A stretch of 64,000 nucleotides of DNA from an uncultured bacterium (lineage in GTDB: Bacteria > Planctomycetota > Phycisphaerae > Phycisphaerales > SM1A02): the NCBI GenBank assembly GCA_903911205.1, contig CAIWCL010000123.1:10819-74818 (forward strand), read 5' to 3'. Of this stretch, positions 17,614-25,904 are shown one piece after another (position 1 is the stretch's first letter; each line of letters begins with the position of its first letter). Below the pieces are notes generated by a model, which saw nothing but the letters and a program-made list of their open reading frames with translations, had not been told where the DNA came from and ran no database searches. A program made the translations under genes and the position numbers.

Positions 17614-20481
17614 TCAGTTACCCCATTGGCCGAGGAGCATCGCGAGGTCACTTGCCTCGACGCTTCCGTCGCCATTGAGGTCGCCCGCACCGCCAACGCC
17701 CCAGTTGCTGAGCAGGATGGCAAGGTCCGCAGCGTCGATCGAGCCGTCGCCGTTGAGATCCGCGGGATTTCCGCAGGCGACGGTATTCATGCGCACCTCG
17801 TCGACTGCTGCCTCGATGAGCGAGCCAGTTGCAGCGTCGTCGGCGATGAAGCGGATCCTCACTTGCGCGGTTGGGGTGACGAAGTCAGAGACTTTGAACT
17901 CCTTGAAGATCCAACCACCGTTGACCTCGGCGCCGGTCGGTCCGACGGTTTCAAGCGCGGTCCATGTGGCACCGTCGTTGTTTGAAATCTGAATGCGGAA
18001 GGTGTCGGCGTTTGGCGCGCCGCCCTGCTGATTCGAGTACCAACGGAAGTAGCTGATGTAGGCCTCGCCACCCGATGCGTCCATGGCTGGAGAGGTCAGC
18101 GTGGTGAAGCCGCCGTCAACGTCGGCCTGACCGAGCGAACCGCCAGTTCCCTGGCCCGTGAAGAAGCAGTTGACGCCTGGGTTTGCAGTGACGTCGTTTT
18201 CTGGTTGCACCTGCGTGGTGCCGCTCACTGTTCCGAGCGGATCACCGCGAGTCCAGAGGCCAGCCGTGGCGGTGTCGCCAGCAGTTGTGAGCGTCCAACC
18301 GAGGTTGGTTTCGACGGTGTCCACGAAGGACTCGTCCAAACCGGTCGCCGCGACGGCAGCATAGAACGTTGCAGGTGCATCGACCGGATCATTCACTGCG
18401 GCGCCGCTGACGGCGTTTGCCGACACGTAGTACTGAATCGTGGAGCCGCATGGAGCGGATGGCAGGGTTGCGCGGTAGCTGTTGCTGCCGAGCGAGGTCA
18501 CCGGAGCTTGCGTGAAGACGCCGGTCGGTCCAATTCGGTAGAAGAGCTTGCCAGTTCCTGCGACCGGAGTGCTCGCAACCGCGGTCGCGTTGAAGTCGAT
18601 CGTTGCGCCGCCCGACGGCGATACAAAGTCGGGACGTCCCGCCGGGAACGAGAATCCGATCAACTGAAGCGCCGGGCCAGGCATCGCGTGCAGTGTGAAC
18701 GCGTTGTTGATGTCGGCGTAGTTCGGCGTGCCGTTGTTGATGTTGCCATCATTGTCATCGAGCGTGAGGAAGTCGATCGTGATGTCGGGCGAAATTCCTG
18801 TACCCGTGTGGAGCAACACCGAGTCCATCGCGAGGCTTGCGAGCGTCGTGCGGTAGGTCGCAGGCTGGCTGAGCAACAGGTTCTCGCGAAGATCCCACAA
18901 GCAGCCGGAAATCAACTGACCGCACGAGTGGATAGCGGTTCCGCAGCTCGAGCAGCCGCTCGCAAGATACTGGCAGGTGTTGTCGGCATTGCGGATACCC
19001 GTCGAGCAGGTCTGGAAGCCAACAGCGAGGCGCGGTTCGTCGAGCACAAGCACGCTGCAGATGTCGCCGAAACCTTCGCCGTATTCGCCTTGGCCGGAGC
19101 CCGCGCGATTCACCAAGTGGTGACCGTACTCGTGGTGCACAACCGCAGCGAACGCAGTGTTGTTGCAGCCACCACCCGATGGGTAGAAGTTGATCGACGT
19201 TCCGTTATAGAACGCGTTGCAACTGCCAGTGACCTGCACGTTGATCGGCCAGTTCGTCTGCGTGCCGATCGAGGGGAATGATGGGTTGGCCGCGAGGGTA
19301 AGGTCGCGAATCTTGTTCGCATGGATGTATGCGTTGACTTCCGCAAGTTGATCTTCTGCGGTATTCGCAGCGTTGTGGACGAAGCTGAGTGCGCCACCCG
19401 CGCTCGAGAGCGCAAGCGAACCCACGGTGCCGTTCGCCACGTCATTGACGCCGAACCATTGGCCGCTGACGACAGAGGTGAAACTCGTGCTCGCGCTAAT
19501 GTTTGGAATCGTCAGCGTGCCGGCTGCGTTCGCGTACAGGGTGGTCGAGCCATAGGTAATGCGTGCGTACGGAAGCGGCTGGGCGACTTCCGTATTGCAT
19601 GCCGCAGCGGCAGAGCCGGTGGTGGCGAGGCCGGTCACAGTAACGTTGACGTCCGCGCTGAGAACCTGATCCTCTTGGAAGAGAATGCGGCCAGTTTCGC
19701 TGTCGACGACATACAGCATTCGCTGGTAGAGCTCGCGGTCGAAGACCCCGGTACCCGTCACGATGAACTTCACACCGAGGCGAGCTTGGGTGGCGGGCGC
19801 ATTGTCGTAACCGGCCCAAATCACCTGCTCCGCATCGGAGACGGTCGCGCCAGGACCGAATTGGTTCAGCGCCGAACGCGTGGCCTTCTTGAGGTCGAGC
19901 TTCGAGGGCGCGACCGGGCGAACCTTGGCGTTGCCCACGAGGGCGCTCACATCACGCAGTTGGTTCGAGACAAGCACCAACGGATAGCCGGGCTCATTGC
20001 GCACCAAGCAGCGGATATCTCCACGGAAGACCGGAACGCCATTGAGGTGTTGCGTGTACCCAACGAGCGAGAAGCGATAGACGTCTTCTTCAGCCCGATA
20101 GCCCATCGGGAGCACGTGGGTTCCGTCACCGTTCGGCCCGATTGGCATCAACTGGTTGAAGGAACTTCCGAACATGCCGGCGTGCACTTGCAGGAAGCGC
20201 TGGGCGCTATCAACCGCATTGACACCGGAGGAGAAGGCCTTGCCATACACGCGGGTGATGGTGCCATCGAGGATGAAAGTGCCCGCTTCGGGATTCGCCT
20301 CGAGGAACAGCGCGCGCGCGAGCGCGGCGGGCTGGCCGCCAAGCGTCGCATCAGCGCCGGAAACTTCGGTTCCGCCGTTTTGCGTGCTGTTCGGACCGAC
20401 CTGCGCCGAAAGCGTGGTCGAGAAGGCGAGGGCGGAGAGAACCGCCGTGGAGAGGGACGTCCTAAAGTCGCGGTGACGCAT
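17614..20481 (-). CDS. secreted zinc metalloprotease (gluzincin, thermolysin/fungalysin-like) with C-terminal dockerin-like repeats
   Basis: Start at MRHRDFRTSLSTAVLSALAFSTTLSAQ (signal peptide), with AGGAG 6 nt upstream. HExxH plus a downstream Glu: VVHHEYGHHLVNRAGSGQGEYGEGFGD. The C-terminus DLNGDGSIDAADLAILLSNWG...DLNGDGSVEASDLAMLLGQWGN is a dockerin-type EF-hand pair. Confidence 0.85.
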   Translation of the reverse strand: MRHRDFRTSLSTAVLSALAFSTTLSAQVGPNSTQNGGTEVSGADATLGGQPAALARALFLEANPEAGTFILDGTITRVYGKAFSSGVNAVDSAQRFLQVHAGMFGSSFNQLMPIGPNGDGTHVLPMGYRAEEDVYRFSLVGYTQHLNGVPVFRGDIRCLVRNEPGYPLVLVSNQLRDVSALVGNAKVRPVAPSKLDLKKATRSALNQFGPGATVSDAEQVIWAGYDNAPATQARLGVKFIVTGTGVFDRELYQRMLYVVDSETGRILFQEDQVLSADVNVTVTGLATTGSAAAACNTEVAQPLPYARITYGSTTLYANAAGTLTIPNISASTSFTSVVSGQWFGVNDVANGTVGSLALSSAGGALSFVHNAANTAEDQLAEVNAYIHANKIRDLTLAANPSFPSIGTQTNWPINVQVTGSCNAFYNGTSINFYPSGGGCNNTAFAAVVHHEYGHHLVNRAGSGQGEYGEGFGDICSVLVLDEPRLAVGFQTCSTGIRNADNTCQYLASGCSSCGTAIHSCGQLISGCLWDLRENLLLSQPATYRTTLASLAMDSVLLHTGTGISPDITIDFLTLDDNDGNINNGTPNYADINNAFTLHAMPGPALQLIGFSFPAGRPDFVSPSGGATIDFNATAVASTPVAGTGKLFYRIGPTGVFTQAPVTSLGSNSYRATLPSAPCGSTIQYYVSANAVSGAAVNDPVDAPATFYAAVAATGLDESFVDTVETNLGWTLTTAGDTATAGLWTRGDPLGTVSGTTQVQPENDVTANPGVNCFFTGQGTGGSLGQADVDGGFTTLTSPAMDASGGEAYISYFRWYSNQQGGAPNADTFRIQISNNDGATWTALETVGPTGAEVNGGWIFKEFKVSDFVTPTAQVRIRFIADDAATGSLIEAAVDEVRMNTVACGNPADLNGDGSIDAADLAILLSNWGVGGAGDLNGDGSVEASDLAMLLGQWGN

Positions 20482-20988
20482 CGAAACTCCTGATCGCTGA
20501 CGAAAACTCACTGCACCGACTTGCCGCGGGAGGTGCGGCAGCCACAGCCCGGTTGTTGGTCGGAGACGAACGATCCTTCCAAGTCCTGCGCGGTTTCTGA
20601 GGCAGAAATCTCGCAGTGAACGAGGAGCACGGTTACGGCTTGATCGACCACTCAAGTTCGCCTGAACCGGGGGACACGGCCCAGACGGATACACAAACGC
20701 GCCAGAGTGGGCGCGCTTGCGTTATCTTGCTGCTCTTTCGTCGCGCAACCGAAGTCGATCCTCAAAAAACCAGACTTTCCTTGAGGTTGCGCCGCTTGTT
20801 GCAAGAGCGGGGGGCCAGATCGCCGGGGGCGACGTATGTTTCAGGACGGTCTGCGGACGGTCTACAGACGTGGGGGACGTTCCCGTTCGTTCTTGGAAGC
20901 TGTTTGCTCCGTGGCGAGCGGCTCCCAAAACGGCCTCCGCGGCCGGGAAATCACGGGGTAGGTCTGCGGTGGGGTTGGGGTACGCACG

Positions 20989-21477
20989 ATGGCCAAGTCA
21001 CGCAAGGACAAGTCCGAGGATCGCGAGCCGGTGATTGAAAACCGGAAGTCGCGCCATGATTACGCCATCGCAGAAACGCTCGAGTGCGGGATCCAACTCG
21101 TGGGAACGGAGGTCAAGAGCCTCCGTCAGGGTCAGGCGAGTCTCTCGGAGGGTTGGGTTCGTGCCGACGGCGACCCTCCACAGTGGACGCTCGTCAACGT
21201 GACGATCGCGGAGTATCCGCCCGCCGGAGTGCATCGACAGCATGTTCCGAATCGGCCTCGACGACTCCTGGCGCATGCGCGTGAGATCTCGAAGTTCGTC
21301 ACGGAGGCAAAGACGCGCGGCGCCACGATCGTTCCGCTCAAGATCTACTGGGTGAAGGGGCGCGCGAAGTTGCTTGTGGGAATTGGCGTTGGCAAAAAGG
21401 CGCACGACAAACGACAAGACATCGCGAAACGCGAAGATCGACGCGATATGGACCGCGCGATGAGTCGACGACGATAA
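20989..21477 (+). CDS. smpB: SsrA-binding protein
   Basis: ENRKSRHDYAIAETLECGIQLVGTEVKSLR...IVPLKIYWVKGRAKLLVGIGVGKKAHDKRQDIAKRE. Confidence 0.95.
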   Translation: MAKSRKDKSEDREPVIENRKSRHDYAIAETLECGIQLVGTEVKSLRQGQASLSEGWVRADGDPPQWTLVNVTIAEYPPAGVHRQHVPNRPRRLLAHAREISKFVTEAKTRGATIVPLKIYWVKGRAKLLVGIGVGKKAHDKRQDIAKREDRRDMDRAMSRRR

Positions 21478-21514
21478 ACGGGCGTCCTTCAACCGGTGTC
21501 GTTCAACTAGTGTC

Positions 21515-21552
21515 GTTCAACCGGTGTCGTTTGGTTGAACTTGTTTGATTCG
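21515..21552 (+). terminator. putative smpB terminator built from the end of a 14-bp x3 direct-repeat block (21488..21529)
   Basis: gttcaacc (21515..21522) pairs with ggttgaac (21533..21540) across a 10-nt loop, followed by ttgtttgattcgttg. Preceded by ttcaaccggtgtcg / ttcaactagtgtcg / ttcaaccggtgtcg. Confidence 0.45.
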
Positions 21553-21625
21553 TTGCTGCGAGTTCGTTTCGTCGATGCCGCCCACTCCGCACGCATCGAA
21601 CGTTCACGCGGCGCGATCGCAAAAC

Positions 21626-22348
21626 TCACGAACTTGGTACAGGAATCACGCGGCCGTTGTCTTCATCGCGTTGACCCGTTGCGCAAGCGACCACGATCTC
21701 TGCAACCGACTCTGGCGAGAGTGCTTTCGAGCGTGGAACAACGTTCTCTGGGAAGTTTCGGCGCAACATGTCGGTCTCGACGGCCCCCGGATTGATCGCG
21801 AACGCCTTCACGCCAATCGCCTTGCCTTCGACCTTCATCGAACGGACGAAACTGTCCGCGGCGGCCTTGCTCGCGGCATACGCGAAGAACCCTGGGAACG
21901 GATCAAGCGTCCCAATCGTCGACACAACGACGACGCGACCGGCGCGTTGCCGCTTGAACACAGGCCACGCGCGAAGAATCGGAAACGCCTTTCCGAAGGT
22001 GTTCACGAAGAACGCCTCCTCAAGCGTGGCTTCGGTCGTCTGTTCGATCGAAAGCTTGGGTGCGGTTCCCGCGGCGAGAATGAGCGCATCAAGGCGTCCG
22101 TAGGCCTCTACGGCGCGGTCAATCACCTCGTACGCGCGTTCACTGTCGGCAACATCGGCGGAAATCGAGAGATGCCGCGTTGGATCCTGCATCGACTCGC
22201 GAACCGACTCGAGCATTTCGTACCGTCGTCCAACAAGAACGACCGCAAAGCCGCGCGTGGCGAGCATCCTCGCGGTGGCGGCGCCGATGCCGCTTCCGGC
22301 GCCAGTCACCACTGCGACGGGAGTCGATGGAGTGTTCGTATCAGTCAT
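21626..22348 (-). CDS. short-chain dehydrogenase/reductase (SDR) family oxidoreductase
   Basis: MTDTNTPSTPVAVVTGAGSGIGAATARMLATRGFAVVLVGRR (TGxxxGxG), then YAASKAA (YxxxK). The track ORF is over-extended upstream. Confidence 0.85.
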   Translation of the reverse strand: MTDTNTPSTPVAVVTGAGSGIGAATARMLATRGFAVVLVGRRYEMLESVRESMQDPTRHLSISADVADSERAYEVIDRAVEAYGRLDALILAAGTAPKLSIEQTTEATLEEAFFVNTFGKAFPILRAWPVFKRQRAGRVVVVSTIGTLDPFPGFFAYAASKAAADSFVRSMKVEGKAIGVKAFAINPGAVETDMLRRNFPENVVPRSKALSPESVAEIVVACATGQRDEDNGRVIPVPSS

Positions 22349-22425
22349 GAAGTTCCGTTCGCCGCGAACGCGCGCCTCGATGCAGCGCGACGCGCGAAGT
22401 CCGCGGATCGGTCCGACTTCCTCGT

Positions 22426-24594
22426 TCAGCCAAAGAGCCGCGAGAGATCGTTGTAGAACGTGAGCAAGAAGAGTCCGGCCACCAGCGCGATGCCGGCCAT
22501 CGCAGCCGCATTCTGAAATGCGATCGACGGTGGCCGCCCGCGGAACTTCTCGTACAACAGGAAGAGGAAGAGGCCGCCGTCCGCGATCGGAATCGGCAGG
22601 AGGTTGACCACGGCAAGGTTCACGCTGATCAACGCGAGGAAGAAGAGCATAAACATAAAGCCCTCGCTCGCGACCTGGGTACCGGTGTGGAGAATTCCGA
22701 CGGGTCCTTGCAGTTGATCGACACCGACCGAGCCGCGGCTCACGCGGTCGATCGTTAGGAACACTTGTTCGACCATCACGACGGTTTGGCGGAAGCCCAT
22801 CGCGATCGCCTTGATGGGGTCGCCATTCGCGCTGAGAACGGTCCACTCTGGATCGAAGAGGACTTCGGGGATTGGGAAGTTCGCTCCGAGTTCGCGGATG
22901 CGCGCGAGTTCAGCGGCGTGGAGTGTGGTCCGCACGTCCATCGACGTCGCTTCGGGCGACGGATCACGGAGCCCGACCACGATTTCACGCGATGCGCCCT
23001 CTGTCGCCGCGTGTGCGATCTCGCCGATCTTTGCGCGGAGTTCCATGAAGTTCGCGACCGGCGCTCCGTCGATAGAAAGCACCGTCGCAAGCGGCATCGT
23101 TTGGATCGACTTCGCGGCGGTGTCAGTCGCGGTGCCTTCGGCGTCGTAACTCGTTTCGATGGGGCGGGCGAGCCGTGCGAGTTCGGTGGCTGGACCGAGA
23201 TACACGCCAACACGTCCCTTCGCATCGGTGCGAACTTCGACTGCGATTTCTGCGCCGTCACGCCAAAGCAGCGCCGGGAGTGTGGCGTTTGGTGCTGCAC
23301 GGAACGCGCGCATCAATTCTGAAGTGCGCGGCCCATAGGTGGAGCCCACGCGGAGGAAGATGTCGCCTTCGCGCAGTGTGGTTGCGTTCAAACTCTCTGG
23401 AACGACGCCGTCGACGCGTGCAAGCGGCACGAAACCCGCGATACCCGCATCCATTGCGGGCACAAAATCGGGGTTCGTCGGTTCGTCGTTTTGCTTCTTC
23501 GGTCGAGGCTCCGAAGCAATCAGTTCAAGGTTCGGCTCCGGAGTGATGGGTACCGTGACGCGCTTCGGGGCGTTGCCAAGAGTCGCGTCCGACAAGCCGC
23601 TCGAAGGAACTTCAAACTCCATCGCGAGTGCCGCCGCGTTGTGAGACGCGAGTTTCTCACTCGTGACTGCAACCGCTTCTGCATAGTTCGCGACGGCATC
23701 GCCATCGATCGAGACGAGCCGCGCACCAGGTCCCACGCCTGCTTCCGCAAGTTTCGGGCTGATTCGCGCAAGCGCCCGGACCACGACCTCGCGCGAAACC
23801 GGTACATCGGTCAGCGCGAGGCTGCGCGAAGGAGTGACGCCAAGCGAGAGCAGCCCAGTCGCCGGATCTTTCTCTGGAGTCGCCGTGTACGCGATCTGTT
23901 GTCCTGCACGTTCGATCACGAGATCGAGCGGTTTGCCAGGCTTTGCCATCGCAGCGGCAACGCGCACATCGATGAACGTCGCGACAGGGTCGCCATCAAT
24001 CGAAACAATGCGATCGCCTGGCTGAAGACCCAACTCCGCAGAGGTGCCTGGCGCCGGAAGGGGCTCGGCGCGTGCGGCACTGCTTTCAGGCTGCACGAAG
24101 CCGACCGCGGGGGCGGGGAAGCGCACACCCACAAGGAACGCGATCAGAAAGAGCACGATCGCCAGCGCGAGATTCGCGGTGATCCCCGCAAGGATCACCA
24201 CGCCACGTCGAAAGATCGGGGCCTTTCCGAAACTGCGCGCATCTTCACTCGTGGCGCCAGGGTTGCCATCTTCTTGCCCGAGCATGCGCACGTAGCCGCC
24301 GAGCGGAAGTGCGCGCAGCGAATACTCGGTTTCACCCAGCCCGCTGGACTCGCGCTCGCTGTCCGTCATTTCAATCGGACGGCGGCCGTGCTTTCGCACG
24401 ACGCGTGCATCGGCAGAGCCGAAGCAGAACCCAACGCCACGGCGGTAACTCGCAACGCAGGGGCCCATGCCGATGGCGAAACCGTCGGCTCGAATCCCCG
24501 CCCACTTCGCGGCAAGAAAGTGCCCGAGTTCGTGGATGAAAATCAGAAAGCCGAAGCCAAGAAGAACGAGGAGAAAGCCTGAGAGAGAGCTCAC
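22426..24594 (-). CDS. rseP: RIP site-2 metalloprotease (M50, RseP-like) with an enlarged PDZ-containing periplasmic region
   Basis: N-terminal FLIFIHELGHFLAAKWAGI (HExxH in a TM helix), C-terminal NLLPIPIADGG motif, and several PDZ-like segments between them. Confidence 0.9.
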   Translation of the reverse strand: MSSLSGFLLVLLGFGFLIFIHELGHFLAAKWAGIRADGFAIGMGPCVASYRRGVGFCFGSADARVVRKHGRRPIEMTDSERESSGLGETEYSLRALPLGGYVRMLGQEDGNPGATSEDARSFGKAPIFRRGVVILAGITANLALAIVLFLIAFLVGVRFPAPAVGFVQPESSAARAEPLPAPGTSAELGLQPGDRIVSIDGDPVATFIDVRVAAAMAKPGKPLDLVIERAGQQIAYTATPEKDPATGLLSLGVTPSRSLALTDVPVSREVVVRALARISPKLAEAGVGPGARLVSIDGDAVANYAEAVAVTSEKLASHNAAALAMEFEVPSSGLSDATLGNAPKRVTVPITPEPNLELIASEPRPKKQNDEPTNPDFVPAMDAGIAGFVPLARVDGVVPESLNATTLREGDIFLRVGSTYGPRTSELMRAFRAAPNATLPALLWRDGAEIAVEVRTDAKGRVGVYLGPATELARLARPIETSYDAEGTATDTAAKSIQTMPLATVLSIDGAPVANFMELRAKIGEIAHAATEGASREIVVGLRDPSPEATSMDVRTTLHAAELARIRELGANFPIPEVLFDPEWTVLSANGDPIKAIAMGFRQTVVMVEQVFLTIDRVSRGSVGVDQLQGPVGILHTGTQVASEGFMFMLFFLALISVNLAVVNLLPIPIADGGLFLFLLYEKFRGRPPSIAFQNAAAMAGIALVAGLFLLTFYNDLSRLFG

Positions 24595-24603
24595 GGGCGC
24601 ATC

Positions 24604-25863
24604 CTACGCCTTCGCGATCGTGGCGGTTTTGTCCGGTGCGGTGTTCAGCGCGAGATCTGCTCGATGGACGACTGCTTCCGCCGCTCGGACCCGGGCCCGC
24701 CGGTCGGCGGCGAGCACGTCATCCAGTGACGTGATCGGGCGGACAGGCTCGGCGTCGAGCGTCTCGCGGACGATCTCGGGGATCGTGAGGAAGGGGATTC
24801 GTCGTGCGAGGAACGCCTCGACGGCGATCTCGTTTGCTGCATTGAAAACGGCGCCGGCATCGCCTCCGGCCTCAATCACGCGATGCGCGAGCAGGATCGC
24901 GGGGAATCGCTCCGCATCGACGGGTTCGAAGTCGAGCGAACGCAGCGAAGTGAAATCGAGTTTGCGTGACGGGCCGTCGAAGCGCTCGGGATCGCACAGC
25001 GCCTGTTGAATCGGGGTGCGCATGTCGGGCGGTGAGAGTTGCGCCAGTACTGAACCGTCGAGGTACTCCACGAAACCGTGCACGATCGACTGCGGATGGA
25101 CGATCGCATCGATCCGCCCGCTCTCGAGGCCGAAGAGCCAATGTGCCTCAATGAGTTCGAGCGCTTTATTCATGAGGGACGCGCTATCGACGGTGACTTT
25201 CGGACCCATGCGCCAGGTTGGATGCGCGAGCGCATCGTCGACCGTGACACTCGCCATTTCTGCGCGCGACCAACGGCGGAATGGGCCACCACTCGCGGTG
25301 AGGACGACGCGCCGCACCTCGTGCATCGAAGTGGAAGACTTCAAGCATTGAAAGAGCGCGTTGTGCTCGCTGTCGACTGGAATGATGCGTACCCCCGCGC
25401 GTGCTGCGGCAGGCATGACAATCGCGCCAGCGGCAACAAGTGCCTCTTTGTTCGCGAGCGCGACATCGCAGCCGCGGTCAATCGCCGTGAGGACGGGCTC
25501 GATCCCCGCGGCTCCAACCATCGCAGCAAGTACGAGGTCACCCGGTTGGGCGTAACGCTCAAGGAGTTCACACGCAGCCCGCGGGCCTCGGAAGACTTCG
25601 ACGTTCGCGGCGACGGTGATGTTCGCGCTGGGATCGGCCAGCGCCACTGCACGAACGCCGAACTCGCGCACGGCCTCCGCGAGAAGTGCGCCGTTCTTCG
25701 CGGAGGCGAGGCCGACAACCTCAAACTGTGGGGCCTTCTTTGTCGCGGCGTCGGGTGCTGCACCGTGATGCAGTGCGAGTTGTCGCGCGAAATCTCGCAC
25801 GACGTCGAGCGCACTCGTACCGATGGAGCCGGTCGCACCGAGGATGAAGAGTCGCCGTGGCAT
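24604..25863 (-). CDS. dxr: 1-deoxy-D-xylulose-5-phosphate reductoisomerase
   Basis: MPRRLFILGATGSIGTSALDVV, DSEHNALFQCL, and HPTWRMGPKVTVDSASLMNKALELIEA. Start at Met 16 of the track ORF. Confidence 0.95.
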   Translation of the reverse strand: MPRRLFILGATGSIGTSALDVVRDFARQLALHHGAAPDAATKKAPQFEVVGLASAKNGALLAEAVREFGVRAVALADPSANITVAANVEVFRGPRAACELLERYAQPGDLVLAAMVGAAGIEPVLTAIDRGCDVALANKEALVAAGAIVMPAAARAGVRIIPVDSEHNALFQCLKSSTSMHEVRRVVLTASGGPFRRWSRAEMASVTVDDALAHPTWRMGPKVTVDSASLMNKALELIEAHWLFGLESGRIDAIVHPQSIVHGFVEYLDGSVLAQLSPPDMRTPIQQALCDPERFDGPSRKLDFTSLRSLDFEPVDAERFPAILLAHRVIEAGGDAGAVFNAANEIAVEAFLARRIPFLTIPEIVRETLDAEPVRPITSLDDVLAADRRARVRAAEAVVHRADLALNTAPDKTATIAKA

Positions 25864-25904
25864 GTGGCGTGACTGGGATTCTCGAAGAGGCCCGCGGCTT
25901 AAGC

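Noticed and set aside
20482-20988. Possible tmRNA (ssrA) next to smpB; GGGGGCGACGTATGTTTCAGGACGG at ~20825 loosely resembles a tmRNA 5' end
   Set aside because: There is no tRNA-like 3' end (T-arm GGTTCGA.TCC plus acceptor complement) on either strand, and no resume-codon/tag ORF. Only ~170 nt are available before smpB, far too short for a ~350-nt tmRNA.
22426-22846. Upstream extension of the SDR gene (track ORF 21626..22846, 406 aa)
   Set aside because: The extension overlaps the 3' end of rseP in another frame and is R/P/G-rich. The Rossmann motif begins right after the internal Met at 22348, so the short form was annotated.
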